Shown here: piece by piece, positions 57,985-64,000 of the stretch | Layout: every line of letters starts with the position of its first letter | Position numbering within the stretch: the stretch's first letter is position 1 | Assembly (NCBI GenBank): GCA_016213845.1 | Contig: JACQZN010000129.1 | Location: 13,268 to 77,267, forward strand | Origin: Candidatus Wallbacteria bacterium | GTDB taxonomy: Bacteria > Muiribacteriota > UBA6191 > JACPRK01 | Direction of reading: 5' to 3' | DNA length: 64,000 bases | Translations under genes and position numbers: made by a program | The notes under the pieces: model-generated | Database searches by the model: none | The model's input: the letters and a program-made list of their open reading frames with translations, nothing else | Told to the model about the DNA's origin: nothing

Positions 57985-58569
57985 ATGATGAAGGCACGCA
58001 CGATCATGGCACTGGCACTGGTGGTCACGGTGAGCGCGGGTGCAGCGCACGCGCAGGGCCGGGGCAAAGGCGCCTCGGCGGCGACCAAGACCTGGTCCGG
58101 CTCCAAGTCGGTCACGGGCCCCAGAGGCGGGACCTCCACGGCAGCCGGCCAGGGGACGTACAACGTGCTCTCGGGCGAGTACCAGGGCACCGGAACCCTG
58201 ACCGGCCCCCGGGGCAAGACGGGCACGGGCGAGGTCTCGGGGACCTACGACCCACGCACGGGTCAGCTTCAGGGCTCCGGTAGCGCCACCGGCCCCGAGG
58301 GCAAGTCGGTCGGGTGGCAGACAACAGGGCAGCTCCTATCAGGACAGGCTTCCGGCACGACGACCTGGACCGGCCCCAATGGCCAGACGGGCACGACCTC
58401 TTACGATGGAACCTGGGACAAGGCGACCAAGCAGTTCCAGGGAACCGTCACCGGCACGGGCCCCAAGGGCAAGACCGCCACCCGGGCAGTCGACTCGACA
58501 GTAGCCCACCCGCGCGCCCGGGCAGCCGGGGGCGGAGCTCGGCCGAGAGCCTTCCGGCCGCGCCGGTAA
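57985..58569 (+). CDS. Secreted Gly/Thr-rich protein with five TGPxG repeats
   Basis: Signal peptide ending AHA; TGPRG, TGPRG, TGPEG, TGPNG and TGPKG spaced about 27-30 aa apart. Confidence 0.75.
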   Translation: MMKARTIMALALVVTVSAGAAHAQGRGKGASAATKTWSGSKSVTGPRGGTSTAAGQGTYNVLSGEYQGTGTLTGPRGKTGTGEVSGTYDPRTGQLQGSGSATGPEGKSVGWQTTGQLLSGQASGTTTWTGPNGQTGTTSYDGTWDKATKQFQGTVTGTGPKGKTATRAVDSTVAHPRARAAGGGARPRAFRPRR

Positions 58570-58617
58570 CGGCTGGTCCGAGAGGGTAGCCAGCGACTCC
58601 GGCCTCATGCCGGAGCG

Positions 58618-58653
58618 CCCCTGCCCGTGCCCGCGCCCGAGCCCGCGCCCGAG
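58618..58653. repeat. Six tandem CCCNNG hexamers
   Basis: CCCCTG CCCGTG CCCGCG CCCGAG CCCGCG CCCGAG. Confidence 0.7.
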
Positions 58654-58838
58654 CTGGGGCGTCGCCCCCCCTCGCCATACAGGGTCCCGGCAAAATCGCG
58701 CGCCCGGAGGCGAAAAACGGGGACTGGCTCCGGAAGTCCGATTGAAATCTGGCAGTCGTCCGGTCGGTTGGCCGGGCTTCCGGTGCCTGGACCCGCATTT
58801 CGCCGACTTTGTCCGCCGCCCCGCGCGCCGTTTCAGGC

Positions 58839-58867
58839 TTGACTAAAGGGCCATGTCATGAAATAAT
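58839..58867 (+). promoter_or_regulatory. sigma70-type promoter for the 58963 gene
   Basis: TTGACT, 17 bp spacer, AATAAT with extended TG. Confidence 0.55.
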
Positions 58868-58962
58868 TGCGCGACTTTTCGAAACAGCGAGAGGCGAGCA
58901 GTCGAGTATCTCGCAACCTGGAGTACCCTGAGTATCCTGCGCTTGACCCTTCGGAGGCTCGT

Positions 58963-61056
58963 ATGAGGCATGGCTTGCGGCGGACTTTTCTTTGCCTGCT
59001 CCTCCTCGTTTCGTTCACGCCCAGCCTGCTCCTTTGCGGACAGGTGGACCTGAGCCCGCAGCTTCTGAAGCTGGCCATGGGCCAGCAGCCCGCGCGCGAT
59101 CACCAGGAGTACACGCCGATACTGCCCCCGGCCTCGGCGGCGGAGTTCCTGACCCAGGCGGCCGAGGCCACCAAGTACTTGGGCGATCTGCCGATCGACC
59201 AGGTCATGGCTCGGGATCTGCTCGAGAAGCTCCTCGGCGCATTCCTGGTCGAGTTCAACGACGAGATCGCCACGCTCCTGAAAGCGTTCGGCATCAACCT
59301 GCCGCCCAACTGGGCGACGATCCCGCTCAAGTACCTGCTCGACCTCATCAAGTTCAAGAGCTACAACCAGGATCTCGCCAACCAGCTCCTCACGCAGTGG
59401 CAGGGCTCGATGACGCCGGAGCAGGAAGAGACGCTCAAGCGGCTCTGGCTCTCCCAGACGGTCGTCAAGACCGGGTTCGATTCCTCGCTCTCCATGGCCG
59501 ACGACGCCACGGAGGGCATCTACGATTTGATCGATCTCATCTACGGGGCCTGCAACGTCCTCAAGAAGATCGGTGACAAATTCGAGAACCTGCCGATCGT
59601 CGGCGCGGTGATCAAGAAGATCCGGCTGATGATCTCGCAGCGTGTCATCTTCGCCCTCAACAACGCGGTCGACCTCGTGACGGCGAAGATGAAGGAGCCG
59701 GCGAAATCTCGCGTGCGCGGGATTTTCACGGCCCTCACGACGACCTACATCAAGTGGGCGGGCATCCAGATCGGCGACGGGTTCGGGGGCATCAACCCCG
59801 AGACCCTGACCAAGATCGGCGCCAAGATCCTCGGGAAGTTCCTGCTCTTGATGCCGCCGAAGATCGGATACGTGTCGCTCACGAAGACGCCGGCACAGTA
59901 CGGCGCCGAGCACGCCCTGGCGGGCGCCCAGACCGGTGACTTCTCGCAAGCCGCTGCGCAGGTGCTCGACGACGGCGTGGATGCCTCCGAAAACGCTGTG
60001 CTGGAGTCGATGGTGAAGACCGTCATCCGCAAACAGAAGCTCTCGCGGCAAGAGCGCCAGATCGCCAACGTCGCCGGCGCCATTTCGCAGATCGCGCAGC
60101 TGGTCCACTTCGTCGATCCCACCAGCTTCGCACGCATCATCGCCATCGGCGCCGGCATCCTGGCTGGCGGGCTGCAGCTGCACACCGTCTTCAACTCCGG
60201 GATCACGCTCTACCGGTTGCCCGGCCAGGTCGATCAGGGCGTGCGGCTGGCGTTCGACCCGCAGGCGGGCCCGCCATCGCCGCCGACCTCGGGCTCTGCC
60301 TTCGAGGACCAGGAGGTCGTTGCAGCCCCGACCGGCTACATCGAGATGATCGCGGGCCGCATTCGCGCTTCTGACGAGCAGTTCACAGCAGCAGCCGACA
60401 AGCTGAAGGCCGCTGTCGACACCACGGACGCAACCCGCGTCGAGCACGGGCTGGCCGCAGTCGAGGACGCTTCCCACGGAGTACGCCACAACATCAAGTT
60501 GCTGGCCAGCTTCCTGGTCCCCTCCGACGGCGGGCCCGAGGAGATGCGCAGTCTCTTCGGTCAGGGCCTGATGGATCACGATCTGAAGTCGGCGGCGGTC
60601 TACGGCGACGCGCTGGCCTACGTCTTCCGCCCCAGCGCCTCGCAACGCCCGGCCCTGAAGCAGAAGATTGACGCGCTGCGGCAGCAGACCTCCGGGTTCT
60701 TGGCCAGTGTGGCCGAGATCGCCGCATCGGGACGGATGCTGAAGGGCGCCTACCTGGGCTTGCTGGCTCCGTCGGCGGTTTTTGCCGGCGACAGCTTCGA
60801 GGTGTCGGCGACGATCGTGAGTGCCGGCACCCAGGCGGCCAGCAAGGTCCGCGTCCAGCTGGCCCTGCCAAAGGGCTATACGCTTTCGTCCGGCCCCGCC
60901 GCCTTCGAGCTGGAGTCGCTGGAGCCCGGCAAGGAGACTGCCTTCAAGTGGACGGTCAAGAAACCCGCGGGTCCGTTCCGCCGGAGCATGCTCGTGCTGA
61001 ATGTCATGAGCCGTAACGCTCCCGAGGCGAACCACAGCGTCCTGGTTACGGAGTGA
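58963..61056 (+). CDS. Exported mostly alpha-helical protein with C-terminal Ig-like (CARDB/NPCBM-associated-like) domain
   Basis: GGAGG at 58953; signal peptide MRHGLRRTFLCLLLLVSF; C-terminal GDSFEVSATI...LALPKGYTL...LEPG. Confidence 0.75.
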   Translation: MRHGLRRTFLCLLLLVSFTPSLLLCGQVDLSPQLLKLAMGQQPARDHQEYTPILPPASAAEFLTQAAEATKYLGDLPIDQVMARDLLEKLLGAFLVEFNDEIATLLKAFGINLPPNWATIPLKYLLDLIKFKSYNQDLANQLLTQWQGSMTPEQEETLKRLWLSQTVVKTGFDSSLSMADDATEGIYDLIDLIYGACNVLKKIGDKFENLPIVGAVIKKIRLMISQRVIFALNNAVDLVTAKMKEPAKSRVRGIFTALTTTYIKWAGIQIGDGFGGINPETLTKIGAKILGKFLLLMPPKIGYVSLTKTPAQYGAEHALAGAQTGDFSQAAAQVLDDGVDASENAVLESMVKTVIRKQKLSRQERQIANVAGAISQIAQLVHFVDPTSFARIIAIGAGILAGGLQLHTVFNSGITLYRLPGQVDQGVRLAFDPQAGPPSPPTSGSAFEDQEVVAAPTGYIEMIAGRIRASDEQFTAAADKLKAAVDTTDATRVEHGLAAVEDASHGVRHNIKLLASFLVPSDGGPEEMRSLFGQGLMDHDLKSAAVYGDALAYVFRPSASQRPALKQKIDALRQQTSGFLASVAEIAASGRMLKGAYLGLLAPSAVFAGDSFEVSATIVSAGTQAASKVRVQLALPKGYTLSSGPAAFELESLEPGKETAFKWTVKKPAGPFRRSMLVLNVMSRNAPEANHSVLVTE

Positions 61057-61976
61057 ACAGCTCCTTCGGCTCCGAAATCGGCGAGCGGCCGGGTTTCCGC
61101 TCCGGGTTCATTGCGGTGCTGGGACTGCCCAACTCGGGCAAGTCCACGCTGATCAACGCGTTCTTCGACCGGCAGCCGCTGATCGTCAGCGCCAAGCCGC
61201 AGACGTCGCGCTTCCAGGTGCGCTGTATCTCCACGACAGACGAGCGGCAGGCCATCCTGGTCGACACCCCAGGTTGGCACGCGGAAGGGCGGACCCTGGG
61301 GAAGTTCATGCGCCGCGAGATCGCGCGGTCGGTCGAAGGCACCGACGCGACCTTGTTCGTCGTCGACGCCGCCCGGCCGCAGGTGGAGCGCGTGCGCTAC
61401 GCGTGGGGCGTGCTGCTGAAGGATTCTGAGGCGCCCGTGGTGCTGGTGCTCAACAAGATCGACCTCGTCGGCCGGGGCAAGCTGCCCGAGTTGCTGGACA
61501 AGCTCTGCAAGATCTTCGAGCCCAAGGAGATCGTGCCCGTATCGGCCCTGAAAAAGGAGAACCTGCTGGAACTGGATCGCGTCGTGACCTCGCTGCTGCC
61601 CGAGGGACCGCTGCTCTACCCGCCGGACACGCAGATCGACAAGCCCGACGAGTTCCTCTTCGGAGAGTTCATCCGGGAGCAGGTCTACCGGGTGGCCCGT
61701 GAGGAAGTGCCGTTCTCGTGCGCAGTGCACGTGGAGACTGTCGAGCAAGGCGAAGCGTCCGTCCGCATCGAGGCCGAGCTGCTCGTGGAGCGCGATTCGC
61801 AGAAGGCGATTCTCATCGGCGCCGCCGGCCAGAACATCTCGAAGATTCGCACGCTGGCGCGCGACCGCATCCGCCGGTTCACGGGCGGCAAAGTGCAGCT
61901 GGAGCTCCGGGTGAAGGTCCACGCGCGTTGGGCCTCCGACGAGAAGCTGCTGGAGCGGATGGGGCATTCGGTCTGA
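61053..61976 (+). CDS. era: GTPase Era
   Basis: GLPNSGKST, PQT, DTPG, NKID, E.IRE...REEVPF, KH domain (ERDSQKAILIG). Confidence 0.93.
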   Translation: MNSSFGSEIGERPGFRSGFIAVLGLPNSGKSTLINAFFDRQPLIVSAKPQTSRFQVRCISTTDERQAILVDTPGWHAEGRTLGKFMRREIARSVEGTDATLFVVDAARPQVERVRYAWGVLLKDSEAPVVLVLNKIDLVGRGKLPELLDKLCKIFEPKEIVPVSALKKENLLELDRVVTSLLPEGPLLYPPDTQIDKPDEFLFGEFIREQVYRVAREEVPFSCAVHVETVEQGEASVRIEAELLVERDSQKAILIGAAGQNISKIRTLARDRIRRFTGGKVQLELRVKVHARWASDEKLLERMGHSV

Positions 61977-61989
61977 GGAGGCAGCGGCG

Positions 61990-62532
61990 ATGGCCGAGAT
62001 CGAGGTCAAGGTGCTGGGGGTCGACCCGGGCGAGCTGCGCCGCAAGCTCTTCGAACTGGGCGCCGAGCGCGTCAAAAAAGGGCGCGAGGTCAACCAGATG
62101 TTCGACTTTTCGGACGGCCGCCTCTTCGCGCGCGGCGGGTACGTGCGGGTGCGATCGTTCTCAGGCAGATGCACACTCACCATCAAGGAACGCATAGGGT
62201 CGGGCCCGTTCAGGGAGAGCCGCGAGCACGAGACCGAGGTGAGCGATCCCGGCGAGACTCGGCTGTTCCTGGAGGCGCTGGGGCTCGGGCTCCGCAGGGT
62301 GGACGAGAAGGACCGCGAATCCTACCGGCTCGGCGACATCCTCTACGAGATTGACGAGTGGCCTGGATATCCGCCGTACCTCGAGGTCGAGGCACCGACG
62401 CGGGAGGCCGTGGAGGCAGGGCTCGCGAAGCTCGGGTACCACCTGTCCGACTCCACGAGCAAGCATTTCCACGAGCTCGCCTCCGAGGTCTACGGCAAGC
62501 CGCTCCCCCCGAACCTGAAGTTCGAGGACTGA
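61990..62532 (+). CDS. CYTH-domain protein (class IV adenylate cyclase/triphosphatase-like)
   Basis: N-terminal EIEVK (ExExK), REHET, EKDRESY, YLEVE. Confidence 0.88.
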   Translation: MAEIEVKVLGVDPGELRRKLFELGAERVKKGREVNQMFDFSDGRLFARGGYVRVRSFSGRCTLTIKERIGSGPFRESREHETEVSDPGETRLFLEALGLGLRRVDEKDRESYRLGDILYEIDEWPGYPPYLEVEAPTREAVEAGLAKLGYHLSDSTSKHFHELASEVYGKPLPPNLKFED

Positions 62533-62712
62533 CGGTCAGGATTTCTCCGGGCCGGTACCGGGGTCACCGGGCAACGGCCTGGGGCCCGCATCTTTGCTTG
62601 CCATGCGGCGGCTCGCGGTACTATGCTTTCCCCCGCGTCGCGAGCCCCGAACGGCCCTCCGGGCACAAGCGACGACTCCACTCACAGGCCGCTGGCACCG
62701 GGGTGTGCAGAG

Positions 62713-64000
62713 ATGGACAAGATCGCGCCGGAGAACGTCCGGACTCTCGCTTTGGTCGGTCACGGGGGAACGGGCAAGACATCGCTGACAGAGGCGATGC
62801 TCTTCGACACCGGGGGAATCACCCGGATGGGCAAGGTCGACGACGGCACAGCCCACACCGACTACGATCCCGACGAGATTCACAGACGGATCTCCATCAA
62901 CGCGGTCCCGATCACCGCCACCTGGCGCGAGACCGAGCTCAACGTGGTCGACTGCCCCGGCTACGTCGACTTCCTGCCGGAAGTGCAGACCTGCCTGCAA
63001 GACATGGACGCCGCCATCCTCGTCGCCAACGCCGTGCACGCCAATGAAGCCCAGAACGCCAAGGTCTGGAGCTTCTGCTCCCAGCTGGAGCTGCCGGCCG
63101 CCTGCTTCCTCAGCAAGATGGACAAGGAGAACGCCGATTTCGAAAAGGCCATCGGCGAGCTCAAGGCCGACCTCGAAGGCAACCTCGTCCCGATCGCCGT
63201 GCCGATCGGCGCCGCGGGGACCTTCAAGGGCTACGTCAACCTCCTCACGATGAAGTCGCACGTCTTCACCGACGACAGTGGCAAGTCGAAGGAAGGCCCC
63301 ATCGACAGCAGCATGGAGACCGTCGTCCAGAAGTACCGCGAGGCCCTCGTCGAGGCTGCAGCCGCGGCGGACGACGCCCTCACGGAGAAGTACCTGGAAG
63401 GCGACGAGCTGACCGCCGAGGAGATCGACCGGGGCATCCGGATCGGCGTACTCGCCCGCAAGCTGGTTCCCGTGGTCCCCGGCTCGGGCACGCGCAACAT
63501 AGGCGTACAGCTCCTGATGGACGTCATCGTGAAGTTCCTTCCGTCGCCCGTCGACCGCACGCCCGCCGTGCCGCTGGCCGGCAAGGAAGAGAAGGTCTTC
63601 CTCAAGGCCGATGGCTCCGAAGAACTCTGCGGCCGAGTCTTCAAAGTGCTGACGGAAGCGCACGTCGGCGAGCTCTTCCTGGTCCGCATGTACTCGGGCA
63701 CGTTGACGCCCGGCAGCGCCATCGTCAACACCACCCGGGACGAAAAGGAAAAGATCGGTCCCATCATGCGGCTCAAGGGCAAGGAGCGCGTCGAAGCGCA
63801 GTCCCTCTCCGCCGGCCAGATCGGCGCCCTGCTCAAGGTCAAGGGCCTCCACTGGAGCGACACCATCGCCAGCGACAAGCGCCCCGCTCGCTTCCCGGAC
63901 AGGAAGAAGCCGGACACCTACCTCTCCGTGGCGCTCCGCCCCCAGACAGCCCAGGACACTGAACGCCTCTCGACCGCCCTCGCCAAGCTGCGCGCCGAGG
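62713..64000 (+). CDS. Elongation factor G paralogue (EF-G2 type), 3' truncated; absent from the ORF track because no stop lies in the window
   Basis: Translated by hand: MDKIAPENVRTLALVGHGGTGKTSLTEAML, TDYDPDEIHRRISI, DCPGYVDF, SKMD, EKYLEG, RMYSGTL. Confidence 0.9.
   Translation, partial: MDKIAPENVRTLALVGHGGTGKTSLTEAMLFDTGGITRMGKVDDGTAHTDYDPDEIHRRISINAVPITATWRETELNVVDCPGYVDFLPEVQTCLQDMDAAILVANAVHANEAQNAKVWSFCSQLELPAACFLSKMDKENADFEKAIGELKADLEGNLVPIAVPIGAAGTFKGYVNLLTMKSHVFTDDSGKSKEGPIDSSMETVVQKYREALVEAAAAADDALTEKYLEGDELTAEEIDRGIRIGVLARKLVPVVPGSGTRNIGVQLLMDVIVKFLPSPVDRTPAVPLAGKEEKVFLKADGSEELCGRVFKVLTEAHVGELFLVRMYSGTLTPGSAIVNTTRDEKEKIGPIMRLKGKERVEAQSLSAGQIGALLKVKGLHWSDTIASDKRPARFPDRKKPDTYLSVALRPQTAQDTERLSTALAKLRAE

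Noticed and set aside
61053-61976. Era motif deviations (QTSR, IGAAG)
   Set aside because: All G boxes are recognisable and the changes are within plausible family variation.

Overview
64 kb of a GC-rich (roughly two-thirds GC by eye), apparently diderm bacterial chromosome; the secretin, beta-barrel OMPs, AsmA-like protein and lipoprotein support the diderm call. No CRISPR array, prophage, integrase or IS element was seen. The housekeeping scaffold is dusB, tRNA-Pro(GGG), sucC-sucD-tyrS-thrS-maf, gatC, dnaJ, era, a CYTH enzyme and a 3'-truncated EF-G paralogue. Envelope and pilus genes are interleaved with it: (1) a 5'-truncated PilB/GspE ATPase with a degenerate histidine-kinase core fused to its C-terminus, near a CheY-like/GspG-like gene pair; (2) a Tad (Flp) pilus locus (cpaB-cpaC-cpaE-cpaF-tadB-tadC-DUF192) coupled directly behind maf, with no pilin or prepilin peptidase in the window, followed by a 1364-aa Ig-like/beta-propeller lipoprotein, an O-antigen-ligase/TPR protein and a second cpaB; (3) several GT-C-type membrane glycosyltransferases; (4) a run of HEAT-repeat protein, unannotated 55-aa membrane protein, divergent sigma70, DnaJ, AsmA-like protein, GT-C and TGPxG-repeat protein. 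The most unusual items are the PilB-pseudokinase fusion, an amidohydrolase lacking most metal ligands that is translationally coupled to an M48 protease, the divergent sigma factor with its coupled small protein, and the giant lipoprotein with a structured leader. Intergenic DNA carries 6- and 7-bp tandem repeats. All family assignments come from motifs recognised by eye; no database searches were run.
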